Shown here piece after piece: positions 12,535-23,520 of a DNA stretch of 64,000 nt. Position 1 is the first letter of the stretch. The number at the start of each line of letters is the position of its first letter. A model generated the notes under the pieces. It saw nothing but the letters and a program-made list of their open reading frames with translations, had not been told where the DNA came from and ran no database searches. The translations under genes were made by a program, and so were the position numbers. The stretch is from Epiperipatus broadwayi (taxonomy: Eukaryota; Animalia; Onychophora), in NCBI GenBank assembly GCA_028023455.1, contig JAQFVV010000006.1, forward strand, positions 17,484,001 through 17,548,000, written 5' to 3'.

Positions 12535-12803
12535 GTTGGTTAGAGCGTTACCTTAAAATCCAATATTCAAGAATCTAAGGATCCAGGTTCGGATCCCATG
12601 CTAATACTGTCACTGGCCAGCCCAACAACACCTGAAGAAGATGGTAGAGTAATACTTCTCGAAACATTGTGCATATTCTAACCTGTTTGTTGTGCTAATA
12701 CTAACAGTTGAATATATTTGGAATATTTGAATAAAAGTTAAATTTTTCTAAAGACATTCAATACTCATATTAGATTATGGAAATAATCTAATATAAAAGT
12801 ACA
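12535..12803 (+). mobile_element. family B tRNA-headed, HHR-bearing SINE (right arm of palindrome)
   Basis: GTTGGTTAGAGCG (A box), GGTTCGGATCCC (B box), an HHR at 12629-12672 and a tail shared with the 39.3 kb and 55.2 kb copies. Confidence 0.8.
12629..12672 (+). ncRNA. minimal type I hammerhead ribozyme (PLE type), CpG-decayed
   Basis: CAC-CTGAAGA-A-GA...TCTC-GAAA-CATT-GTGC. The copies read GAAACATT and GAAATGTT, so the inferred ancestor is GAAACGTT, with palindromic ACGT stem III, a GUU site and CAC/GUG stem I. Confidence 0.6.
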
Positions 12804-13907
12804 TACAGTAAGTATCATTAAAATATGTAGATACTAAACTTGAAGTTAGACATCTATAACTGCTCAAATAGATTGATTGCTTCGAAACTTAAGACTCATT
12901 TGAATTCTACGTTTTTGGCGTGAATACTAAAATGATGTTAACAGTAGTTGGGTGCTTGACTGCACTGCATTGCTTCAAACTTTAAATCTCAAAGCTGCGA
13001 TAATCTTTAAAAGTTTGAAACCGATTTGAGGATAAACGTTTAATTGCAATAAATTGTCTGGTGATCACGGATTGATCTAGCTTATAATAGATTGCATTAG
13101 AGTAAGGAGGGGTGGGTGCTCTTGCTTTATGTTTTGTTTTATTTTTGGGGGGAAAGTATGACTGATTAAACACAAATACCCAATATGTGTACTTTGTATT
13201 AATAATTATTATTTAGAATTATTTTTTTTTATATAACGATAAATTTGTTTTATGTGAGGTAATGTTTAAATTAACAACGGAATGTACAATATTGTAAACA
13301 GAGTGCGAGTTATAATATCTGTCATATGCTTATAACAAAATAAAGCGGTTTTGCGCGAATATTATATGTCATAAATATAAATTATATAGGATATGCTACT
13401 ATTCATTATTTTCAGCATTCGTGCAAAGATTTTTAACTAACAGATGCCATGGTCCTACTGTATTTATTGAGGAAATTAGGAAATCAAACAATAACAGGAA
13501 TAAAAGAAAATGGAAGGTGATGGCTGAGATCAGAGCACTAGTTAAAAAGATTCTTAAAGAGGGTTGTTGGCAAGGGATTGGTGGTAATATATGTGAATGT
13601 TTTGAGATCTGATTTCATTGTTTGTTTTAATAATGGACTGCTTGCAATAATCGGAAGCTTAATATATGTTGCAAAATAATCTATGTAATTTATATATATT
13701 GTGTCATTTTAATGCGTCCTTAGATAAATATTTATGTCTGTTTTTATTTCTGATTTAATTGTTGGATCAGATTTGAATAGTGAATTGAATTTTTTTTTAT
13801 TCTCTCCTACCTTTTCAATAGCATGGCGGAATTGTGGGATTTGTGTATTTTTGCCTAGAATTCTTTTATTTCCTCAAGCAGTTTGTTACTATTGTCTCTT
13901 GGAGATC

Positions 13908-13917
13908 GTCACGTGAC
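13908..13917. promoter_or_regulatory. GTCACGTGAC palindrome (CLEAR/USF-type E-box)
   Basis: Exact 10-bp palindrome inside the CpG-retaining region. Confidence 0.4.
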
Positions 13918-14498
13918 TACGGCTTGTTAATTGACTCTGCGGGTGATTTAATATTGAGGAACTTCAATGTACCAAATGCGGTGAGAGTGCAGAGAGATTT
14001 GGCGAAAAGAGCTATTTCTGATTTTTTTTTTGATGCCGAGTATTTTTTATGGCAGTCCATCTTGGCAGTGGCAGTAATAGATGGAATTCCTTTGATAATT
14101 TTAGATTTTTTACATTTCCTCACCTCCCTCTCCCCATTGTTCCATATTTGACGCATGGCAGTGAACATCATAACCTCTTCATTCATTGCAGGATTAAGTG
14201 AGGGATGTTTTCAGAGGGCTGGCTGCCAAAAGGCGCAACATTTTCAATGTTTCAATTGGAGCCAAAAGTTATTGCTACTTCTATCTTCAGTTGTCATAAA
14301 ATGTTTTGTGCATATATAATATTTATATATGTCTGTTTATATATTTTTGTCGCACAACTATACATGTACTATATGGCCTGATCTTTTAGCTATATTAATT
14401 AATGGATAGTCAGAAGTTATTGTTATTTCTATCTTCAGTTGCCATTGAATATATTTTGCGTATCGAATGCATCTTTCAATGAATTAAGAGTCTGTAGT

Positions 14499-14733
14499 GG
14501 AGTCGGGTTGGACATATTTGTTAGAAGACATCATAATAGATAGACAGTTGAAATATTAAACTGGATTCCAGGAGATTATAAAAGATCTAGAAAGATGCCC
14601 TATATGAGATAGATAGATAGATGAAATAAGGAGGTATGCTGGAGTGATGTGGAGAAGAGAGGTTAGAGATCGGAGATGAATTGGGGAGACCGTTATCCTG
14701 CAATGGATCGATAACGATTGAAAATGACGAAGA
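14499..14733 (+). mobile_element. RTE LINE 3' fragment
   Basis: Homologous to 6535-6765 (gttggacatatt...aactggattcca...gatgaaataag...atcctgcaatggat). Confidence 0.8.
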
Positions 14734-15539
14734 ACGAAAGATTTTAGTGAGCACGCAAATAATTTTACAAATTAACGACAAATACGTAACACTAAGAATA
14801 TAAGACCTATTCACGGAATTATCTTAGAAATGTATTCTCTTGTTTGCTCCTTGAATATGTTTGTGAATGCATGTTCACACATACATGTTGTAAATGCCCA
14901 AGTATACACGCGCAACACTTTGTTTCTAGTTTATTAATTAATGGATAGCATTATAGAAACAAATATTTTATTTTTAATAAAATCGAATAATATTCTGGTA
15001 ACAAAAGAGTTAAAAGTTTATTTGTTTTCCTTCTTTATTATATTTTTTTAATATATAAATAGTCTTTAAAAAAATGATTACACTATACACACACACATTA
15101 TAAATTCAATTTTTGAAAGCAGTTAAATTTTAAGTGTTTGATAGATTTCATTCATCTTGCACAATATTGATGTTTTTCTTAAAGATATCTCCAGTTCTTG
15201 AGCTTTTTTCTTGCCAGCCATCGTTATATGAAAAGAGATTTAAAAACGATTGACAGTCGAGAGTTGAGGGAGGTTGTCTCTTGAGCGCTGGTTGTCTAGC
15301 TACTAGGAGTTGCCTAGGTCATGACCTAAACCTTTACAGCTTAGAGGAATTGTAGAATGTTGCTTTTTTTTTTTCATGTTCGTATTCCAAGTTAAGTGAG
15401 TCTGTATATTCATAATATTCATGACATGTTTGTTGGATGCATTTGGCAATTTCTTAAAAACCTGCCGCTTACAGTCTCTCATATCCATCATCCTCTCAGG
15501 CTTGCGTCACATGTTCTCGTTCACTAGCAACGAGTCAAA

Positions 15540-15602
15540 ATGATGGAGGACCAAGCTTACCGGCGCAGAAGTCTTTCTTTTGCTATGATGCTGCGTAAAA
15601 TA
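15540..15602 (+). CDS. candidate first coding exon, MMEDQAYRRRSLSFAMMLRKI
   Basis: AAAATG start context, CpG-rich codons and a GTAAGA donor at 15603 (phase 0). Confidence 0.5.
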
Positions 15603-17959
15603 GTAAGAACTACATTTTCTTTGCTGTGATGTGGTTTTTGTGTCATTGTAATGGTAATTTTTTTTCTCTTTGCCCCTTTTAAATCCACCATTTTTCTTCC
15701 TCTCTTTCAGTTTTTGTTTTCTTAAGCATGATATCATTGTAACAGAAGGAAAATTCAAATACACGGGTGATCTCTAGTGGAAATTTTAGAACCGTTTAGA
15801 ACATTACATGGAAAGTCTGTGTTACCTTTTTGTTAAAAACGAAGTGAACTAGTCCAAATTCCATTCCTAAATTGTTGTATTTTGTGCCCAACAAAGCCAC
15901 GCTTTCAATTCTCACTGGTCTCGACCTCCCTCAACATCACATTGGCTGATATTTTTACCTCCCAAGATGTCTGCCTGCTTGTGGAAAGAAACCAATAGAT
16001 GCTATTTGATCGTTTCTTCTAACAGATCTTCTTTGCACTAACGGGAGCGTGATTGATATAATTTAATTATAGTCATCACTTTTATAATATGTTTTGATCG
16101 CAATTAAAGAAAAATGGAGTCTATTTTACTTTTATAATTTACTGATATAAATAAGAGAGACATTAAAAATATTTTTGTCTCATTTTTTGCTCTCCCTTTT
16201 ACCTGGTTTCAATAAGTAAAACGATTTTTTTTTCCCACCTCCTCTTCTGGGGACTTTTAATTGAACAGTTCTTCAATCTTCTTGTAATGAGTAAATAAAT
16301 AAAAGGCTTTAAAACGATATTTTGGGCTTTAAAGATTTTTTGTTCTAATTGTGTTTATAAAATTTTATTTTTAAAAAAGAAATTTGATCCTGGTTAATTG
16401 TTATTAGTTTTTGCCTTTACTTTGAAATCAATTTAAAATTTTTATGTTTAAAAGGAAAATAAATTGCTTCGATTTTTTTTTTTTGAAAGGGTGTGGGTAA
16501 GATAATGATGTAGTAAACAGGTTTAGCTAAGTAACAAATGTTTTACTGATTCATAAAACTCTAATCTTAGTGGTGACAAAATTAACTCTCTCATTCCCCT
16601 CCCCCTAACTGAATGATTTAAAGTCTGCTATCTTGTCAAAATGTGTACGGACTCTAAATGTTTGTTTTTACTAGATTTACTGGTTAAAGATGCAAAGATA
16701 ATTGAAAGCATTCTCTCCCTTCCCTCTCACATTTTTTATTTATCATTTTTTGTTATATTTGATTCTTTTTTTACTATTATTGTTCCTTATTAATTATAAG
16801 AAACCGATAGTGAAAATATGTTTTTTACTTTTTTATTTATGATATATCAGCATTATATATTTTAATCTGTATCGAAGCTAGTTTATGTCTCGTTAAGAAA
16901 GGCCTTTTAGTGTGATGGTTAACCCATCTATCTCCCACGATTTGGGTTTCAAATCTGGGATAAGGATTCTCCTAATAGTTGATCCATAGCTAATTCATTT
17001 ATTACTACAAGAATCTCTACTTATTCTTATTATCCTACAGTATTAATGTCTTAATATTTTTTCATCTTCTCTATGTGTGTGTGTGTGTGTGGGGGGTTTG
17101 AGAAGTTTTTGCCCTGCAGGAGGCTAATTATATTTTATGTTTTGATACATCTTGGGTGTTCGATATATTTGCAAATATGTGATTTCAAAGTAATGCTATA
17201 TTTTTTATTGCCCCCTGTATAGTATTGGGGGGGGGGGGGTCGCAGAAACCTTGACCTACAATTGCTATTTAAATTAAACAGTGTTTTGCTATATTTTGGG
17301 TGATTGGATATGGTATAAAACTTCGCAAGTATGTAATTTCGAAAAGAGTAACCACGTCTTATTAATAAGCGGAGAATAATGAGCAATAATTACTCTAGAT
17401 GTCATATATTTTAGCAATTCAGTAATATCAGGTTTTTAAAAAGATGAATGTAAACAAAGAAGACTTATTTGGAGATGTAATTTTTAGATCTACTATCATT
17501 AATTCTATTAACATACCGGATTTATCTTTTTTTTTAAATCAAAACATTACTTTTATTTAAATAGGATTAGATATGAAAAGTAAAATGTTATAAAATACAT
17601 TAGTGGAAGTCTTTCTTTCTCTTTTTTGTCTTAATGCTCGTATAATATTTGCACAAGATTTTAAAAATGCATGCAAAGAAAAAAAATTCCAATTTCATCT
17701 GTTATATTATCTTTTTTTTTTTTAGCATTTCGCAAATGTTTTAATCTCATTTGAATTCTTGGCCATCTTTTTCTTATTCATTTTGATAAATTATACCATT
17801 GCTACTTTCCCTGTAATTTTTTATTTTAACGTGTTTCTTCTCTTTTTTCCCAATAATATGTTTTTTTGTAATGAATATTTTATTGAATAATTAAATTTTA
17901 GTTGAGGTTTATTTTATACCATTTAATTTATTTGTTTTCTTTTTCTTTTAATTTCCTAG

Positions 17960-18005
17960 GCATCAGACGCTGGATCAGACTTTCTTACATCAAGCAGTCA
18001 TAAAT
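17960..18005 (+). CDS. candidate exon 2, ASDAGSDFLTSSSHK
   Basis: Pyrimidine tract plus TTTCCTAG acceptor and GTAAGT donor. Open in phase 0 to 1, compatible with exon 1. Confidence 0.55.
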
Positions 18006-19427
18006 GTAAGTTTATTTCTTTAATTTTTATTTGGGTTGGTGATATGTCTTTGGTAAACATTCTCCCCTATGAATTAGAATAGTTACATCTGAAATGCAAT
18101 CGAGAACAACTGGATTATTTGTTTAAAGGGAATTCAGCAATATTGTGAGGGGCATTAACCCTTATTTTCTCATGTGGTATGTTTCTATTTATTGGGATAG
18201 AGCAATGATTAATGTTATTTTAGCAAAATATTATTTATGTATTACTTTACATATTTTTTAGTAATAATAATATTTTTGGTTCTGATTCCAATAATGAAAA
18301 TCTTATTAAATATTGCAATTGAGATTTTCTTCATCATCATGTAATTATTTTTAATTCGTAGGGGGAGGGGGGATTATTTGCAATAAAATAAATATTTTTT
18401 TTGTATAATTATATTTAAGTTTCAAATGTTATTAAAGTTTCATTCTTAAGTATATTCTGTGGCATTTAAAATGTGTTAACCAGAGTAGAAAAAATACAAA
18501 AAATATTAAACATTAAGTCATTGGGTCTAAACCGCCATATTGAATTTTTTTAAATATTGGCTTGAGACACAATTTTCACAATAACTTCAGTTTTAATTAT
18601 GTTAGAGTAAAAACAATTACATTGCTAGAAACTAGAAAAACTAAGGAAAACAATAAGCATAAAATAAATAATAAGGAAAAAAAAAAGAAATTTTCACATC
18701 CGAAATAATTATTATTTTATTGTTTGTTCATAATTTGGAAATTAACTAAAATTCAAATTATATCTTCAGTGATAATTTTTTTTGTATTCCTCACAAAAAA
18801 ATCTTTCTAAATATATATAATAAGTCTTACTTGAGATAATCCATAGCTTTACAATCGCCAAAAGAAGTTGGATATGAATTCTTCATTTTTATCTTCTACC
18901 CCAACAGTTCCAAATATCAAAGGTATCTATAAAGAAAAAGTGTCATCCTAATAAAAGATACAAAAGAAATCATCATAGAAATTGTAGGCTACTGTCTATA
19001 TCACTGATAAAATGAGTTTAATTTCTTCATTTTATATTTTTTTGTGTACATCAGTGATGTTTATATTCTTTATGCACACAAGTGATGCTATCTTGTTATA
19101 TTGTATCACATAGATATAATTTATTTGCATATAATCCATTTGTTAGCTATAGACTTGAAAATAATGTTATGAAACATATAGCAAAAACGGAATGACTCCA
19201 AAGCATGACTAAGAATAAGCAAAAACATAAACAAGAATCAGAATTTGATTATATGCCTACGTATGTGATCTTTGTATACATTTTAACTCATTACTTAAGT
19301 AATATTTACTAAGGCAATAAACCTAAAGCATGTGCGGTTGAAAATGTGATCTTAACCACAAGCTTGTGGTTAAGACCTGTAGAGGTCCCTACCTTCACAT
19401 ATTGCCTTAGTAGAAGTAAACGGATCA

Positions 19428-19794
19428 TTGGATGCGAGTTATGATAATAGTAAGGGAAAGTAGTTTATTGTTTAAGGCTCGAACGGGATCGTGAGCAGGA
19501 AGAGAATATACATGTAAATGGAAAACTATGGGTGATTTTATATGCAAATTGTGTAAGGAAGGTATAGAAAATATTAGGCATCTGTTGATTGAATGTAAAT
19601 GCTTGAAAGCAGAAAGGGTACAGATAATGAAGTTATGGGAGAATAGATATGAACAAGGTGATTGTACAGAAAGTGAGATATTGGTTTTTATGCTGGGGTT
19701 GCAAAAAGATAAGGGGGATTTAGATATAAAGGCCATAGAGTTGACAAAGATTATGTTGTGGAAATGGGATGGGGCAGAGTATGGGAAGACTTAG
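19428..19794 (+). mobile_element. non-LTR retrotransposon ORF2 C-terminus with CCHC knuckle
   Basis: YDNSKG/SSLLFKARTG...CKLCKEGIENIRHLLIEC, a Cx2C...HLLxxC zinc knuckle. It has a frameshift and a stop. Confidence 0.75.
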
Positions 19795-19836
19795 AGTGGG
19801 GAATGAAAAATAAAGTGGCTAACAAGTTTATCCAGA

Positions 19837-19917
19837 AGAAGCCAAAATACATCACATCACAGTAAATATTACTTAAGGAGAAGCCAAAATACATCACATC
19901 ACAGTAAATATTACTTA
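19837..19917 (+). repeat. 42-bp tandem duplication at LINE 3' end
   Basis: agaagccaaaatacatcacatcacagtaaatattactta occurs twice. Confidence 0.9.
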
Positions 19918-20534
19918 CATAATCAATGTGCGTTAAATAAATTTATAATTACAACTCATTGCTTGTAAACATAACATTATATAAACATAATTATAAATAA
20001 TAAATTATTATACTTTTTGAAAATCATTATAGTGGATTAATGTAGATAGAACTTTAGAAAATTATAATAGATATGAATTCTATATGAACATAAATAAATA
20101 TATAACTACAAACTAACACACACTAATTACAAATTAAAATTACTAAAAAAGATAATTTTTTCAAAAAATTTAAAAAAAAAGATATTAAATATTATTTTTA
20201 AGAAAATTAAAATTTTATACTTACGAGTAATTATGTTGAAGCTCTATTGTAGGCCTTGTTTGTGAATAACATACGGCAAATGTTGGCTTGCATTCGGTAA
20301 ATCTTTTTTTTTTCTTTTATCGCTTCATGGTAATTACAAAAGTTATCAAAAAAGAAAAATAAATAAATACTATGGTCGATTTAAACTGCTGCCAACAATC
20401 CAAATTTCAACCAATTTTTTTTTTTAGGTAAAGATCGTTGGAAAGCAACGTCATTGAGCTATCAAATGCCCATATTTTGGTTGATGTCATGCTTATACTT
20501 TTTATGTCAGTAAAGAAAGAAAACAACATGTCAT

Positions 20535-20569
20535 CTGACGAGCACTCACAGGGCTCAAAAAGTTAATAC
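20535..20569 (+). ncRNA. degenerate canonical-type hammerhead, antisense to the PLE
   Basis: CTGACGA-GCACTCACAGGGCTC-AAAAAGTT is two substitutions away from ...GCTC-GAAACGTT. The stem I and stem II registers are imperfect. Confidence 0.35.
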
Positions 20570-21095
20570 TATTTTGCCAAGCACTTGCAGTACTGAGTAC
20601 CAGAATCAAGGTGACATATTGGAACTTAATGGTTAATATTCCAGTGCATGCTCAGTGGAACACTAGTGTTATGCTGATTAACAACGTTGTTAGACTTAAC
20701 AATAAACCAAGCCTCTTTCAACTTACTTTTTCTATCCTTTGATTCATTACACACAGTACTGATATTTTGAGGATAAAACTCATGTCCACAAATACTTTCA
20801 TGATTTGAAAAAATAGTACTCTTTCTATCCTTCGATTCATTACACACAGTACTGATATTTTGAGGATAAAACTCATGTCCACAAATACTTTCATAATTTG
20901 AAAAAATAGAATTAACTTGCGAATCAATTTTAGAGTTTTTATATTGATAAATATGCTGTTGCTATCGCATTAGGACATTAGCCTTTGTTTCATCATAATA
21001 AATAGCATTACAACCAATTTTTCTGCAGGCAATTAAATAGACCACTTTATACCTATTTATTTCTTCCACACTAACCTTTGAATTATTTATTAGTC
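20555..21095 (-). mobile_element. Penelope-like element 3' end (GIY-YIG endonuclease + pLTR), family P1
   Basis: VVYLIACRKIGCNAIYYDETK...GHEF...KLKEAWFIVKSNNVVNQH. It contains an internal ~95-bp tandem duplication at 20725-20910. Confidence 0.85.
20575..20616 (-). ncRNA. variant hammerhead-like motif, copy 1
   Basis: CACC-TTGATTCT-GGTA-CTCAG-TACT-GCAA-GTGC-TT-GGCA. Confidence 0.45.
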
Positions 21096-21252
21096 TATTT
21101 AAAAAAAAGGTGATCGGAATCCTATATTATAATCTTTACCAATTATATTTTTTCACTTCATACTTTTAGATGGCGTGTACGCCAAATAAATCCACTTTTA
21201 AAAAATAGAATCATATATCACATGACTCCACTTCTTTTTTATTAAGCTTGCA

Positions 21253-21420
21253 GGATATAAACGAAGAGCTTTGCTAATTGCTCAACAAACTTTGAGATAA
21301 ATGCTTAGCAAGAGAAAGGATGGGGTTGGTTTTCAGATAGAGATATTTTAAATGCTTTCTCTTGCTAAGCATTTATCTCAAGGCTTGTTGAGCAAATAGC
21401 AAAACTCTTTGTTTAAATCC
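21253..21420. repeat. foldback hairpin / MITE with 66-bp arms
   Basis: 21253-21318 pairs with 21355-21420 with few mismatches, around a 36-nt loop. Confidence 0.85.
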
Positions 21421-21504
21421 ACTTTTTGTCTGTTTTATTTTTTACATCCACTTTATGTTTAAACTTCACTAAAACAACCTCACTTGCCTATGTAATATAG
21501 GTTG

Positions 21505-21945
21505 TTAATAAATAATTCAAAGGATAGTGTGGATTAAATGAATAGGTATGAAGTGGTTTATTCAATTACCTACAAAGAAATGGGTTGTAATGCTGTTTAT
21601 TACAATGAAACAAAGGATAATGTATTAACGCGATTGCAACATTATGTTTATCAATATAAAAAATCTAAAATTGATTCGCAAGTTACTTCTGTTTTTTCAA
21701 ATCATGAAAATATTTATGGGCATGAGTTTTAGCCTCAAAATATCAGTTCTGTGTGTGATGAATCTAACGATAGAAAGAGGAAGATGAAAAAGGCTTGGTT
21801 TGTTGCTAAGGCCAACAATATTGTTAATCAGCATAACCTTAGTGTTCCACTGAGCATGCACGGGAATATTAACCGTTCAGTTCCAATATATCACCATTAT
21901 TCTGGTACTTGATACCGAAAGTGCTTGATAAAATAGTATTAGTGT
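21505..21945 (+). mobile_element. Penelope-like element 3' end (GIY-YIG + pLTR), family P1
   Basis: ORF 21538-21732 reads VVYSITYKEMGCNAVYYNETK...GHEF, then KMKKAWFVAKANNIVNQH. It is an inverted homolog of 20555-21095. Confidence 0.85.
21892..21930 (+). ncRNA. variant hammerhead-like motif, copy 2
   Basis: CACC-ATTATTCT-GGTA-CTTGA-TACC-GAAA-GTGC-TT-GATA. Confidence 0.45.
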
Positions 21946-22204
21946 TTAATCTTTTTCTACTCTGGTTGTCACATTTCATATGTGTACAATAATTTACATT
22001 ATTTGGCAGAGTTGTTATGTTATTTATTTATACCATTTATTATATTTTTGTCTAGTATTTAATTAATGTGGTAGAATCAAAAAATCAATTTTGAACTAAA
22101 AAATAAATAAATACCCAGTATAATAAATTGAAAGAATTACTAGGTTCAGTCTGTCACCATATTGCAGAACTGTTACATGACGTTACCCATACGACACCCT
22201 GTGA

Positions 22205-22270
22205 AGATTTGACACAATTGGCGGAGCATCTGACTTGGGATCAGTAGGTCTCAGAATCGATTCTGGCATT
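22205..22270 (+). pseudogene. tRNA-Arg(TCG)-like relic
   Basis: CATCTGACTTGGGATCAGT is a decayed form of the TCTGA-CTTCGGA-TCAGA anticodon arm. The B box is decayed. Confidence 0.5.
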
Positions 22271-22311
22271 CAAAATTCTTATGAATTCCTGAGCAATAAA
22301 ACTCTTTTTTT

Positions 22312-22376
22312 ACCAGTGCAGTACTTAGAGGATCTGACTTCGGATCAGGAGATCGTAAGATTGATTCCGGCAGTTA
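22312..22376 (+). pseudogene. tRNA-Arg(TCG)-like relic
   Basis: TCTGACTTCGGATCAGGAGAT has an intact anticodon arm (TCG at 22340-22342). The T loop is decayed. Confidence 0.6.
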
Positions 22377-23179
22377 CAGATCTGCCACTCAAAGTCATAT
22401 GCTCTTTTTTTTAAAAAAAAGCTGTTTATATGTCTAATATAATATATAGTTATTGAGTTGTTTTCTATATAAAAATTAAATGCAGTTCAAAACCCTGAGT
22501 TCAAACTTAAGTTTGGATTTAGAAAGTTTTCAGAAAGGTATAACAACTTGTAATTGAATTGATAAAATGGGAAATGTTACAAATTTACTATATAGTAATG
22601 CAATTGTAACATATTTGCAAAATATTCTTTTAAAAAGGTTAATTTAATAAATAAATAAATTTAAGTTCATTACATATTTTTAATCGTTCTTGAAGAAATA
22701 TTGCAACTTGAATCTTACCTGTAATAAACATAGTATCATTTATTCTATGTGATTAAAAAGTAAATAGTTAAAAGGTTTAATTTATTATACATCTATTGCT
22801 TTTAAAAATATAAAGGCAAAAAAACAAACAATAACTTTAAATCCATTAAGATTTACTAGAAATTTTGCATTACTGAAAGAAAAAATTCATAAAGAAAGTT
22901 TAAGCTTATTTATATTTTTTTTCCCAAAAAAGAAAACATTTCATGAAAATTGTATTGTTGTTGTTTACATTTAAATGGTAGAATTTCAAATTTTTTGTTT
23001 TTATATTTTGTACAAAGTTGAGAAACTTTTTCTTATTTTTAGGAACATATTTTTGTATAGAATTATAGAGTTATGTAATCTTATCTGATGATCAAAACTG
23101 TTGCCATTTAATTAGCTTCTGCCTCAAATTGGAATTATATAATCTTACACGAAGTCTGAAATTGTTGCCATCTTTTTGT

Positions 23180-23520
23180 TTGATAATGAATTTTTAATAT
23201 AGATTTGCAAATGTTTTGATTCAGGCTGCCAGAATTATACATATTAATACATCTAAAAATAATAATATAAATATTGAAAAGGAACAGGACAAAAGTAGTA
23301 AGTATTCGGATTTATTTATTACAAGAGATAATAATATATTGGGTTATAAATTAATAATTAAACCGTTGCAAGAAAGGGGATATATAAATTGTAAATCAAA
23401 TGTACTAATTATGCCTAAGATGGCAAGTTTTAGATCCTTTTTGTTTCGTAGTGAAAAATTATGTCATCGTTATCAGTGTGATAAATGAAAAAATATTGGA
23501 GATATTTGCCAAGGAATTGC
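23180..23520 (+). mobile_element. Penelope-like RT thumb/C-terminal remnant
   Basis: NIEKEQDKSSKYSDLFITRDNNILGYKLIIKP...YINCKS...KMASFRSFLFRSEKLC matches the PLE pattern FTxExE...LDLxIxR...YRKP...YLNxxS...RAxxLC. Confidence 0.7.

Larger units (their letters stand above)
13200..16060. promoter_or_regulatory. CpG-retaining, GC-elevated non-repeat region: probable promoter/5' region
   Basis: CpG is locally retained in a CpG-depleted background. The region surrounds a candidate first coding exon. Confidence 0.4.

Noticed and set aside
13917-14186. 89-aa minus ORF and 105-aa plus ORF in the GC-elevated region
   Set aside because: No recognisable motif and no convincing splice support. They are better explained as promoter or UTR sequence.
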